DNA of 37,379 nt from an uncultured archaeon (GCA_902384455.1 CABMCB010000077.1:1-37379), one strand, 5' to 3'. Counted from the stretch's first letter, positions 9,845 to 19,170 are shown. Numbers and translations: made by a program. Notes: a model not told the origin generated them from the letters alone.

Positions 9845-10939
9845 GTGAATACGCAGGAGCGGATTGACCCGTGGGGCAGCGAAGGATTCGGCGACTACGA
9901 AAAATTGATTGCCGAATTCGGGATGGAAAGTCTCTCGCCATTCAAAAAAGACCTTTCAGACAATCTGCTCTTCCGCAGAAACATAATATTCGGCCACCGC
10001 GACTTCGGAAAAATCCTCGACGCAATCAAACACAAAAAGCCGTACGCCATGATGACGGGCCTGATGCCGTCGGGGAAATTCCATTTGGGCCACAAAATGG
10101 TGGCGGACGAAATCATCTGGCATCAGAAGAAGGGCGCAGACGTCTTCGTGTGCGCCGCAGACTTGGAAGCCTACTTGATGCGCGACATAACCCTATCGGA
10201 AGCCAAGAAAATCGCAGTCGAAGAGTACGTCGCAAACTACATAGCTCTAGGACTGGACATGCGCAAGGTGCACTTCTGGTTCCAAACTGACTACGAAACA
10301 CCCTACTACCGCTTCCGCGACACACTCTCCCACCGCACAACATTCAACGAAATGAAGGCGATATACGGCACACTAAGCCCCGAAAAAATATTTTCCGTAA
10401 TAACCCAAGCCGCAGACATACTCCACCCGCAACTCCCCGAATACGGAGGACCGCGGCCGACGGTAGTTCCCGTTGGCGCAGACCAGGACCCGCACATACG
10501 GCTGACCCGCGACATAGCAGGCCGCCATAAGGAGCATAGTTTGATTCCTCCGTCGGCGACTTACCATAAGTTTATGCCCGGTTTGTTGGGTGGGAAGATG
10601 AGCAGCAGCAACCCCAAAAGCCACATCGCATTGACGGATTCGCCTAAGGAGGCGAAGAAGAAGGTGTTGGCGGCCTTTAGCGGGGGCGGAGTGACCGTGG
10701 AGGAGCATAAAAAGAACGGCGGGAATCCCGAAGTGGATGTCGCCTGCCAGTATTTGTTTTACGGGTTTGAGGAGGATGACCGTAAAGTCATAAAGATTTT
10801 TGAGGACTACCGCGCTGGAACATTGATGACCGGCGAAGTCAAGAAGTTGCTTGCAGACAAAGTAGCCGCATTCCTTGAAGCCCACCAGGCCAAGTATCCT
10901 GAAGCGCTAAGAGAAGCGAAAGAAATAGTGAAGAAATGA
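9845..10939 (+). CDS. trpS: Tryptophan--tRNA ligase
   Basis: IDPWG, TGLMPSGKFHLGH, VPVGADQDPH, KMSSS, GGNPEVD. Confidence 0.96.
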   Translation: MNTQERIDPWGSEGFGDYEKLIAEFGMESLSPFKKDLSDNLLFRRNIIFGHRDFGKILDAIKHKKPYAMMTGLMPSGKFHLGHKMVADEIIWHQKKGADVFVCAADLEAYLMRDITLSEAKKIAVEEYVANYIALGLDMRKVHFWFQTDYETPYYRFRDTLSHRTTFNEMKAIYGTLSPEKIFSVITQAADILHPQLPEYGGPRPTVVPVGADQDPHIRLTRDIAGRHKEHSLIPPSATYHKFMPGLLGGKMSSSNPKSHIALTDSPKEAKKKVLAAFSGGGVTVEEHKKNGGNPEVDVACQYLFYGFEEDDRKVIKIFEDYRAGTLMTGEVKKLLADKVAAFLEAHQAKYPEALREAKEIVKK

Positions 10940-11544
10940 TAGACCTATTTTCAATAGTAAAAGATACGTTTGGTGACTATGGATATGCTATTCTAATCTA
11001 CTTTACCTTTCTTGGCTACATCCCCTTTATAATCAAAGTTTATTTCCGTTCACTACCGCAGTCCAAAACAAGAAAAGAATGGATAAGCACGCCTACTGAA
11101 GATAGGGTCTTATTATCCGCATTTTTTGGTTTATTCTACCTTATCCTCGCCATAGCATTCTTATTAATCCCAAGCAGCTTCAAAACGTTTGGGTTCAACG
11201 TTCGAGAATTAGAACCTAACACAAGAAGTTTACTTATAACTCTCGTGGGCATATCCCTCGGTGTTTTCCTTCCCATGAGAAAAAATGCTGCTTTGTTCAA
11301 TCTAGGAAACTTAGTGCGAGCGTGTTACCTATTCCTTGCCCTACTCTTTATCAATGCATTATCCTACCCGCAACCCCCCTCAAAATTCATTATGTCTTTT
11401 ATCGGATTGTTTATTTCTCCCCTTATTTTGCTAGTTCTTGTCTATTATGGTTATTCACCTCCTCAAGTAATCAAAAAGTATGTCGAGCTACTCTGTGCTA
11501 TACCTACATTTAAACTAAAGGTTTACAGAAAATTCATAAAATGA
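10936..11544 (+). CDS. Hypothetical membrane protein, about 5 TM helices, AT-rich
   Basis: 202-aa ORF rich in F/L/I/Y; ATGA overlaps with both neighbours; visibly more AT-rich than the flanks. Confidence 0.75.
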   Translation: MIDLFSIVKDTFGDYGYAILIYFTFLGYIPFIIKVYFRSLPQSKTRKEWISTPTEDRVLLSAFFGLFYLILAIAFLLIPSSFKTFGFNVRELEPNTRSLLITLVGISLGVFLPMRKNAALFNLGNLVRACYLFLALLFINALSYPQPPSKFIMSFIGLFISPLILLVLVYYGYSPPQVIKKYVELLCAIPTFKLKVYRKFIK

Positions 11545-12323
11545 AAGTTGGTTTTGTTCAGTTGGATAGCAGGTTGTTGGACGTCAACTTTAATGTGAAG
11601 CATGCGTTGGAGTTGATGGAAGAAAGCAAAGTCAAGGCCGACTTGTGGGTTCTGCCTGAGTTGTTTAACACAGGATACAACTTCCAAAATAAGGCGGAAG
11701 TTGAGGCAGTCGCAGAGCTTGTGCCAAACGGCGCGACTACTATAGCTTTAATCGCTTTCAGCCGGAAACACAAGTGCGCCATTGTTGCGGGAGTTGCTGA
11801 GTCGGACGGCGGCAAAATCTACAATAGCGCCGTCGTCGTTGAAGACGGCGTCTACCGCGGCGTCTATCGCAAAGTCCACCTTTTCAACAGGGAAAAACTG
11901 TTTTTTTCTGCGGGCAAAGAATTCAAAGTATTCCGGTTGAAGGGAGTTCAAGTCGGCGTGATGGTCTGCTTCGACTGGTACTTCCCGGAGTCCGCGCGCA
12001 CTCTCGCCTTGAAAGGCGCTGAAGTGATAGCGCACCCAAGCAACCTTGTGCTCCCAAACTGCCCGGATTCCATGCCTGTTCGCGCCAGAGAAAACAGGGT
12101 CTATACTGTCACAGCCGACAGGGTGGGTGAAGAGCACGGGCTCAAGTACATCGGTTTAAGCGAAATTGTTGCTCCCGACGGGAAAATATTAGTTCGCGCT
12201 TCCGCAGACAAGGAGGAAGTCGGAGTCGCCGAAATAGACCCCTCTAAAGCCCGCGACAAACGCCTGAACGAATACAACGACCTGATTGCCGACAGAAAGC
12301 CGGAATCCTACAAATTGAATTAA
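11541..12323 (+). CDS. Carbon-nitrogen hydrolase (nitrilase superfamily)
   Basis: Glu-Lys-Cys triad in LPELFNTGY, YRKVHLF and VCFDWYFPE; RAREN motif. Confidence 0.93.
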   Translation: MKVGFVQLDSRLLDVNFNVKHALELMEESKVKADLWVLPELFNTGYNFQNKAEVEAVAELVPNGATTIALIAFSRKHKCAIVAGVAESDGGKIYNSAVVVEDGVYRGVYRKVHLFNREKLFFSAGKEFKVFRLKGVQVGVMVCFDWYFPESARTLALKGAEVIAHPSNLVLPNCPDSMPVRARENRVYTVTADRVGEEHGLKYIGLSEIVAPDGKILVRASADKEEVGVAEIDPSKARDKRLNEYNDLIADRKPESYKLN

Positions 12324-12324
12324 A

Positions 12325-13617
12325 ATGCGTTGGACAATAGAACCCTCCAAATCCCTTGCCGGGGAAATACCAATTCCCGCAAGCAAAAGCTACACAATCC
12401 GCGCATACGTAGCTGCACTGCTGTCTAACGGCGAAGTCACCCTCAAGAATCCTCTACGAAGTTTGGACACAGACGCATGCTTAAGCGCAATCCAACGCTT
12501 AGGCGCTGAAATCGCCGAAGACAAAACTCCCAGATACATCCGGATACGGGGAACAGGCGGACTACTTTCCATTCCAGACGAAATCATTGACACCCAAAAC
12601 AGCGGAACAACAATCCGACTATTAACAGCAGTCGCCTCTCTCGCGGAAGAACCAATCACACTAACAGGCGACGCAAGCATACAAAAAAGGCCTATAGGCC
12701 CGCTGCTTTCTGCGTTAGACCAGTTGGGCGTTGTGACAGAATCCAAAAACGGTTTTCCGCCTGTAACAGTCGCAGGGCCTCTAGTCGGGGGGCTTGCTGA
12801 GATGCCAGGCGACGTAAGCAGCCAGTTTCTTTCCGCGCTTTTGATGGCGACTCCTCTTGCGCAAAAGGAAACAGCAATCCGTCTCACTTCGCCATTAAAG
12901 AGCCGCCCATACGCCGAAATGACGCTTCAGCTGATGTCGGACTTCGGAATAGCATACGCGGTCGGAGCAGACTTCGCCTCATTTGCGATAAAACCCGGGC
13001 AGACATACGAACCCCGCGAATACGTCGTCGAAGGAGACTGGAGCAGCGCAGCATTCCCCCTTTCCGCAGCGGCAGTGACCGGGGGAGAAGTGACGGTTTC
13101 AAATCTCAATCCCCGAAGCCTCCAAGCAGACAAGAAAATACTGGAAATACTTAATGACGCAGGATGCGAAGTCAAAACAAACGAAACAAAGTACACTGTG
13201 ACGGTCAAAGGCTCAAAACACCTCAAAGCATTCACCACAGACTTAAGCAACAGCCCAGACCTCGTCCCCATAGCAAGCGTTTTAGGGGCGGTCGCACAAG
13301 GAGAAACCCACCTAACAAACGTAGCCCACGCCCGACTTAAGGAATGCGACAGACTCGCCGCAATGCACAACGAACTAACCAAAATGGGCGCCAAAGTAAA
13401 GGAACTGCCAGACGGCCTCATACTCAAAGGCGGAAAACTCAAAGGCGCCAAAATAACAAGCTACCACGACCACCGCATAGTAATGGCAGCAGCGGTCGCC
13501 GCGTTGGTTGCTGAAGGGGAAACTGTCGTTGAGGACGCCGAGGTTTCTGCGGTGACTTACCCGACATTCAAGGAGCAGATGGTGAAGTTAGGCGCCAAAA
13601 TAAAGCAGACAAAATAA
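12325..13617 (+). CDS. aroA: 3-phosphoshikimate 1-carboxyvinyltransferase (EPSP synthase)
   Basis: PASKS, NSGTTIR, SSQFLSALL, EGDWSSA, RLKECDR, DHRIVMA. Confidence 0.97.
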   Translation: MRWTIEPSKSLAGEIPIPASKSYTIRAYVAALLSNGEVTLKNPLRSLDTDACLSAIQRLGAEIAEDKTPRYIRIRGTGGLLSIPDEIIDTQNSGTTIRLLTAVASLAEEPITLTGDASIQKRPIGPLLSALDQLGVVTESKNGFPPVTVAGPLVGGLAEMPGDVSSQFLSALLMATPLAQKETAIRLTSPLKSRPYAEMTLQLMSDFGIAYAVGADFASFAIKPGQTYEPREYVVEGDWSSAAFPLSAAAVTGGEVTVSNLNPRSLQADKKILEILNDAGCEVKTNETKYTVTVKGSKHLKAFTTDLSNSPDLVPIASVLGAVAQGETHLTNVAHARLKECDRLAAMHNELTKMGAKVKELPDGLILKGGKLKGAKITSYHDHRIVMAAAVAALVAEGETVVEDAEVSAVTYPTFKEQMVKLGAKIKQTK

Positions 13618-13664
13618 GTTTGAGCTTAAGCAGATTTTTCTTTTTACAAAACCCAAGATTTACC

Positions 13665-14156
13665 ATGGGCGGAACACGCAGCAAAGGCGGGGCATCAAAG
13701 GGCGGTAAGGCGTCGCAGTCTCAGCCGGAGTTGCCGGAGCCGGTAGAGCCTCCGAAACCAGGCGACGAAGTGCATTTGACTGGTTATGTTCTTGATGTGA
13801 CGCCCACCGGCCACTTGGATTACACTACTGCGGAAAAAACGGCGACTGTCGTGGAGCACCCTGAAACAGGCGGGCCTGCAATCAGAAGAGACGATGCGGT
13901 TGAAGTGTTAAGGGCTGCGGAAACGGCTTACGCAAGAAAGCAGGAAGCATTCGGTTTCTACGCCGATGACAAACACGCCGTGGGCCGTCCCATGCCGGAA
14001 GGTGAGCAGGAAGCCCCTTCTAAAGGCGGCGACCAAGAAAGAAGTCCGTCAAAGGGCCGTTCAGTCAGTTTTGCGACATTACCGCCTGAGAAGTGGCCTT
14101 TTCCTCCTAAAGATAAGGGCGGCGAGAAGAACGAGAAAGGCGGCAAGAAAAAATAG
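13665..14156 (+). CDS. Hypothetical protein with disordered Lys/Gly (KGG) and Pro-rich ends
   Basis: ATG at 13665 gives 163 aa filling the aroA-panD gap; no family recognised. Confidence 0.65.
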   Translation: MGGTRSKGGASKGGKASQSQPELPEPVEPPKPGDEVHLTGYVLDVTPTGHLDYTTAEKTATVVEHPETGGPAIRRDDAVEVLRAAETAYARKQEAFGFYADDKHAVGRPMPEGEQEAPSKGGDQERSPSKGRSVSFATLPPEKWPFPPKDKGGEKNEKGGKKK

Positions 14157-14504
14157 TTAAATCGGCTTGTTTTTGGCGTCTACGCGGATTACTTTCGGCT
14201 TAATTGTTTTTGCTTCATCCAAAGAAGCCAAAGCGAAAGACATGATTATGACGCGGTCCTTATCCTTGACGAGGTGCGCTGCGGCCCCATTAACTACGAC
14301 GACTCCAGACCCCTTTTTCCCGGGAATAACGTAAGTTTCAAAGCGGCTGCCGCTCGTCAAATCGGAAACCAAAACCTTCTCGTGCGTGAAGAAACCCGCA
14401 GCATCCATCAAGCCCTCATCCACAGTGATGCTGCCTTCATAATCAAGGTTCCTCCCAGTCACAGTCGCACCATGAACCTTAGACTTCAAAACCGAAACAA
14501 ACAT
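14157..14504 (-). CDS. panD: Pyruvoyl-dependent aspartate 1-decarboxylase
   Basis: LKSKVH, YEG|SITVD autocleavage site, RFETY, NGAAAH; ATG at 14504. Confidence 0.95.
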   Translation of the reverse strand: MFVSVLKSKVHGATVTGRNLDYEGSITVDEGLMDAAGFFTHEKVLVSDLTSGSRFETYVIPGKKGSGVVVVNGAAAHLVKDKDRVIIMSFALASLDEAKTIKPKVIRVDAKNKPI

Positions 14505-14583
14505 CAAACCCGCTCTCCCCAATACTTTGAAACACCCTGAATAAAAGCACTCTCATTTAACTGCTTCAACCTAATACATTTCA

Positions 14584-15687
14584 ATGTTCAACACGTTCGG
14601 CCGATTCCTCAAAGTCACAACGTGGGGTGAAAGCCACGGACCAGCGATAGGATGCGTATTAGACGGCCTCCCAAGCAACATGCCGGTTGATTTGGCTGCC
14701 GTCCAGAAGGAGTTGGATAGGCGGAAACCCGGTCAGAGCGCAGTCACCACAACCCGCAACGAATCCGACACCGTAGAATTATTGTCCGGCGTATTCAACG
14801 GGAAAACAACCGGCCACCCCATAAGCATGCTGATAAAAAACAAAGACGCCGACAGCAGCAAATACGAGGCGCTAAAAGACGTCCCTCGGCCGGGGCACGC
14901 CGACTACACTTACAAGATGAAGTACGGGGTCGTGGATTACCGCGGGGGAGGCCGCTCAAGCGCCCGCGAGACCGCAGCCAAAGTCGCGGCGGGAGCAATA
15001 GCAAAACAGCTGCTTTCGCGCTATCAAATCAAAGTCACAGCGTTCTCGCGCGAAATAGGCGGAGTAAGGACTGAAGGCCAGTTTGACCCCGCAATTCACG
15101 GCGTCGAAGAACTCATAGAATCCAACCCGGTCCGCTCTTTCGACGCGGACGCGGCAAGGAAAATGGAAGACGCCATAAATGAAGCCCGGAAAAACGGAGA
15201 CAGCGTCGGAGGAATAGTCGAAGTCTGGGCGACAGGCGTACCCGCAGGACTCGGCGAACCAGTTTACGCTAAAATAAGCGCGGACTTGGCGTGGGCGCTG
15301 ATGAGCATACCAGCAGCTAAAGGCGTCGAAATAGGGGCCGGATTCGCGTCCGCATTCATGAAAGGAGGCGAAATGAACGACGCAATCATCAAAGACAAAT
15401 CAGGAAAAATAACCACAAAACCAAACAACGCAGGAGGAATACTCGGCGGAATAACAGACGGAATGCCAATCATCCTAAGAGCCGCATTCAAGCCCACAGC
15501 AAGCATACACAAAAAACAAAAAACAATAAACCTCAAAACAGGAAAAGAAACGGAACTAACAGTCGAAGGCCGCCACGACCCGTGCGTCGTGCCGAGGGCG
15601 GTGCCTGTCGTTGAGGCTGCGGTGGCTCTTGTGTTGGCGGACCACGCGTTGATTTCAGGTTTTATTCCTCGGAAGCTGCCTGAGTAA
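14584..15687 (+). CDS. aroC: Chorismate synthase
   Basis: TTWGESHG, PRPGHAD, GGGRSSARET, GDSVGG, GRHDPCVVPRA. Confidence 0.98.
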   Translation: MFNTFGRFLKVTTWGESHGPAIGCVLDGLPSNMPVDLAAVQKELDRRKPGQSAVTTTRNESDTVELLSGVFNGKTTGHPISMLIKNKDADSSKYEALKDVPRPGHADYTYKMKYGVVDYRGGGRSSARETAAKVAAGAIAKQLLSRYQIKVTAFSREIGGVRTEGQFDPAIHGVEELIESNPVRSFDADAARKMEDAINEARKNGDSVGGIVEVWATGVPAGLGEPVYAKISADLAWALMSIPAAKGVEIGAGFASAFMKGGEMNDAIIKDKSGKITTKPNNAGGILGGITDGMPIILRAAFKPTASIHKKQKTINLKTGKETELTVEGRHDPCVVPRAVPVVEAAVALVLADHALISGFIPRKLPE

Positions 15688-16474
15688 TTTCGTTTTGCTC
15701 TGTAAGAAGTTTGGTCAAATAAGTTCTCTGCCCGCCTTTGTGCCGGACTTCATACGTCTTCTTGAAGGCTTCCATCGCCTCCTTATACTTCCTTCGTTTC
15801 CTCCGTTCTCCTCTCTCCAATCCGCCCTCTATAACAAGCCGCTTAACCTCCATGTCCGCTTGAGGCAGTAGCTCATCCTGTTCGCCGCGAACCTCAAAGC
15901 CGTCCCGGACAGTACAAGCCACAACGGCGGGCGAACCGGGAACCACGCGGACGCTTTTTTTACCGACCTTCCTTGCGGACTCGACAATCATCCTAGTCAT
16001 CAAACCGTTCAAACCCTCCCCTTGTCTGTCCGGTCTGACGTTGATTCGATCCATGTAAGCGAAATCGTCCGTCGCGTTGAGAGTGAACCTGCATCTGGCG
16101 GCTGAACCCTTAGCGTCAGAAAGGTCGTACACCACGTATCCTCCTTCCCCGTAAACACTCAGAATATGCCCTCCGAAAGTCGAGGTTAGGACCGCGTCGC
16201 TCCTACTTGATACCCTCTCAATGTTCCTGAGGAACGCAGGAAGCTCAGTTTGCTCGGATGGAATAAGCGCCACCGTACTCTCGACTGCTTCGGCTGCTTC
16301 CAGAGTATGCGGAGGATTACGCACAAGTCCGCCGTAAAGTCCCCCGCTAAGCCGGATGGTCTTGCCTGCTTCCCCCGCCTCCTTGAGGGCTGAAATAAAA
16401 TGCTCTCTAATCCTCCTATCCTCCCTCAACTGTTGTTCAGTTACGGCCTTAGGCTTCTCAGGCTCTAATATCAT
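15662..16474 (-). CDS. Orphan protein with GNAT N-acetyltransferase-like domain
   Basis: YMDRINVRPDRQGEGL followed by a helix and GKKSVRV resembles GNAT motif A; GGAG SD upstream; 26-bp convergent overlap with aroC. Confidence 0.6.
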   Translation of the reverse strand: MILEPEKPKAVTEQQLREDRRIREHFISALKEAGEAGKTIRLSGGLYGGLVRNPPHTLEAAEAVESTVALIPSEQTELPAFLRNIERVSSRSDAVLTSTFGGHILSVYGEGGYVVYDLSDAKGSAARCRFTLNATDDFAYMDRINVRPDRQGEGLNGLMTRMIVESARKVGKKSVRVVPGSPAVVACTVRDGFEVRGEQDELLPQADMEVKRLVIEGGLERGERRKRRKYKEAMEAFKKTYEVRHKGGQRTYLTKLLTEQNEITQAASEE

Positions 16475-16514
16475 CCTAGTTATTCTCCTATCCTACGGCC
16501 TAAAATAAAAGTGG

Positions 16515-17465
16515 CTATTGGTTCTGGAAGATTTTCTTCAGGAGTTCGTAGCTTGCTTCCTCATCTTGAGCGCAGAACACCTCCGCGCCAGGAAACCCCT
16601 TTTTAGCTTCATCGATTCCGCCCGCACTTTTGTCGTTTATGGCCACAGTAACAGGAACGGAAAACAAAGTCCTAATCTCCTCAAGAAGACTTATCTGCGG
16701 CGCAAGCGACTGAGTCGGGTCAACAAGAAACAGTATCCTGTGAGCAAGATGCTTCAAAGCAAGAACAGCCTCCCTCTCCACCGGATTACGCCTGGAAAGC
16801 GGCCTGTCCAGAAGCCCCGGCGAATCCACAACCTGATAAGTGGCATGCCTAATCTTCCTCCTCCCAATCAGAATCTGCTGCGTAGTAAAAGGATAAGCCG
16901 CTATCTTCACCTTAGCCCCAGTCAAGGCCCGCACGAAAGTGCTTTTGCCGGCGTTAGGGTAGCCGGCGACGACCACGGTCGGCTGGTCTTTGACGCTTGG
17001 GAAATCCAACAGCGCCATCTTGATTACAATCAGCTTATCAAGGTCCTTGGAAACCCTGTTGACTATGCTTGCGCACCTGCCCTGAAAATGAACGCTTGCA
17101 GTGTCGTCTCCGTTTCTCACGTCCCTTAAGGACTCCTGCTTCACCCGTTCAATCGCGTTTGCCGCCCAGTGTATTGCGCCCAAATGTTTTTTGTAAGCGT
17201 CTTTACCGACCTTAAGCGACAGAAGCTCCTGCTCGAAAGGCGGAAGCTGCTCAAACGAAGGGAATTTGTCTACGACCTCCTCAAGCCGCGTCTGAATCAA
17301 AACAGCAGACGCCTTAATGCGCTCCTCGTCCGCGCCCCTCATCCTCTTTTCGCGCGGCTTATGCTTAGACTCGCTGCGCTTAAGGCGCGCCTTCTTAGCG
17401 CCGGATCTGAAGGCGATGCCAATCAAATCCTCGGCGGAATGAACGTAAGGAAGAGTCTCAAACAT
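16515..17465 (-). CDS. NOG1-family GTPase
   Basis: FPSFEQLPPF helical N domain, GYPNAGKST, AYPFTT, DSPGLLDRP, RNPVE. Confidence 0.92.
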   Translation of the reverse strand: MFETLPYVHSAEDLIGIAFRSGAKKARLKRSESKHKPREKRMRGADEERIKASAVLIQTRLEEVVDKFPSFEQLPPFEQELLSLKVGKDAYKKHLGAIHWAANAIERVKQESLRDVRNGDDTASVHFQGRCASIVNRVSKDLDKLIVIKMALLDFPSVKDQPTVVVAGYPNAGKSTFVRALTGAKVKIAAYPFTTQQILIGRRKIRHATYQVVDSPGLLDRPLSRRNPVEREAVLALKHLAHRILFLVDPTQSLAPQISLLEEIRTLFSVPVTVAINDKSAGGIDEAKKGFPGAEVFCAQDEEASYELLKKIFQNQ

Positions 17466-17543
17466 GTCGCTTACTAATCAACCTGCAAGATAATAACCCC
17501 AAAACGAAGTACTCTTCATCAAAACCCTCATAGGTGCGTAAAA

Positions 17544-18011
17544 ATGCCCAACGAAACATGCTGCAAGCCGTTTGACTCGGCCAAATGGGACCAAAAGGAA
17601 ATTCTGTGGGAAAACAAACCGTTCATAAAAGACCACGTGCGAAGCCTCTTCCACATACCCCTAAACTTCGGGCAGGTCGTCACAAGAAACATGAAGAAGA
17701 TTGAGGACTCAGGCCAGAAATCTGACGACTCCATAATGCTCACTGACGAAAATTCCCTCTGGGGCGCAGACGTCTACGTATCAATCGACAAAGAAATTCC
17801 CGGCGCAAAAATCGAAAAAATATCGGGAACATTCCTAACCAAAGTCTTCGAAGGCCCATTCGGCAGCATGCGCAAATGGATTAAGGAAATGCAGGACTAC
17901 GCAAAATCAAAAGGGAAGACGCCTAAACGACTACTCTTCTACTACACGACATGCCCCAAATGCGCTAAAAAATACGGGAAAAACTACGTCGTAATACTCG
18001 CCGAAACATAA
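17544..18011 (+). CDS. Conserved hypothetical protein (GyrI-like C-terminal half, CC and CPKC motifs; often labelled hydrolase)
   Basis: CCKPFDSAKWD, SGTFLTKVFEGPF and YYTTCPKCAKKYGKNYVV recall a widespread uncharacterised family. Confidence 0.7.
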   Translation: MPNETCCKPFDSAKWDQKEILWENKPFIKDHVRSLFHIPLNFGQVVTRNMKKIEDSGQKSDDSIMLTDENSLWGADVYVSIDKEIPGAKIEKISGTFLTKVFEGPFGSMRKWIKEMQDYAKSKGKTPKRLLFYYTTCPKCAKKYGKNYVVILAET

Positions 18012-18072
18012 CGGCGCCGCAAACCAATAACCCAAACCTGATTTAATCCAGCACCGCGAAAAGATAACGCCA

Positions 18073-19170
18073 ATGCCAAACCTAATCTGCATAAGCGACA
18101 GCCACCTCGGATTCCGCCACCGTCTCAAAACCCAACGCCTCAAAGACTACGCACGCTGCTTCACGGAAGCAGTGGAAAAAGGCCGCCTGCTTGACCCGGG
18201 GGTGTTTCTTTTTGGCGGAGACTTGTTCCACCACGTAAGCCCCGACCCCAAAAGCGTCGCGGTGGTATTCAAGACTCTGATGACACTCGCCGACGAATAC
18301 CCCGTCGTAGTGCTCGTCGGAAACCACGAGATAGCCGGACACCTTGGCACGTCGCTGTCGCCTGTGGCGGGACTGCTTCACGAGAACATCCACGTTCTAA
18401 CGACGGAAAACCCCCATGCAGTGATTGCAGTCGGCGGGGAAAAAGTCGGATTCCACGGATTCCAATTCATCCGCGGCAGAAAAACCGCCGAAGAGGCGCT
18501 TCTCAAAATAACCCAGGAACTGCCGAAAGCCGACAAACACATACTCGCCATACACCAGGCAGTAGAAGGATACCTCTCCCCATTCGAACTAAGCGCAAGA
18601 GCCTTACAAGAAGCCGCGTCAAACTACGACCTCATAGTGATAGGTCACGTCCACAAGCACCAGCCGATAAAAGAAGTCGACTCAACCCCATCATACTACA
18701 TCGGAAGCACTGAACGCACAAGCTTCTCTGAACACCTGAATCCGGCAGGATTCCTCGCATTCGACCTATCTGACCTAAAGAAAAAACCGAAGCACACCCC
18801 AGTTTCGGCGGCATCAATGCGCTCAATAAAAATGAAGCTCGGCCGACTAAAGCCAGATGAAATAAACAAAAAAATAGATGAAGCCATAGAAGAAAACAAT
18901 AATTGCTCTCTCCTATCAATAGACGCCGAAGCCGACGTGGACGGAGACTACATGAGCGTCCGACGCAACTGGGAAGAAACATACCCCAACTTCACAATAC
19001 TGGACGTCCGCATAACACCCCCAACAAAAGAAACAACGGAATTCACATTCGAACAATCAGAAATAAACGAAGACACCGTCCGCCAATACCTCAAAAAAAC
19101 CAAACTAGACGCAGACAAAGAACTCGCAGAACTCACAATAGAACTCTACAACAAACACGCCCGCCCATGA
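18073..19170 (+). CDS. mre11: Mre11/SbcD-family DNA repair metallophosphoesterase
   Basis: SDSHLG, GGDLFH, GNHE, AIHQ, GHVH, YIGSTERTSFSE. Confidence 0.85.
   Translation: MPNLICISDSHLGFRHRLKTQRLKDYARCFTEAVEKGRLLDPGVFLFGGDLFHHVSPDPKSVAVVFKTLMTLADEYPVVVLVGNHEIAGHLGTSLSPVAGLLHENIHVLTTENPHAVIAVGGEKVGFHGFQFIRGRKTAEEALLKITQELPKADKHILAIHQAVEGYLSPFELSARALQEAASNYDLIVIGHVHKHQPIKEVDSTPSYYIGSTERTSFSEHLNPAGFLAFDLSDLKKKPKHTPVSAASMRSIKMKLGRLKPDEINKKIDEAIEENNNCSLLSIDAEADVDGDYMSVRRNWEETYPNFTILDVRITPPTKETTEFTFEQSEINEDTVRQYLKKTKLDADKELAELTIELYNKHARP

Noticed and set aside
11541-12323. Nitrilase-family gene as the separate glutaminase subunit of NadE
   Set aside because: It lies 20 kb from nadE inside the trpS-aroA run, and nothing visible distinguishes it from a generic amidase.
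18903-19166. 88-aa N-terminal extension of RadB in the ORF track
   Set aside because: Overlaps mre11 out of frame; RadB similarity begins at ATG 19167.
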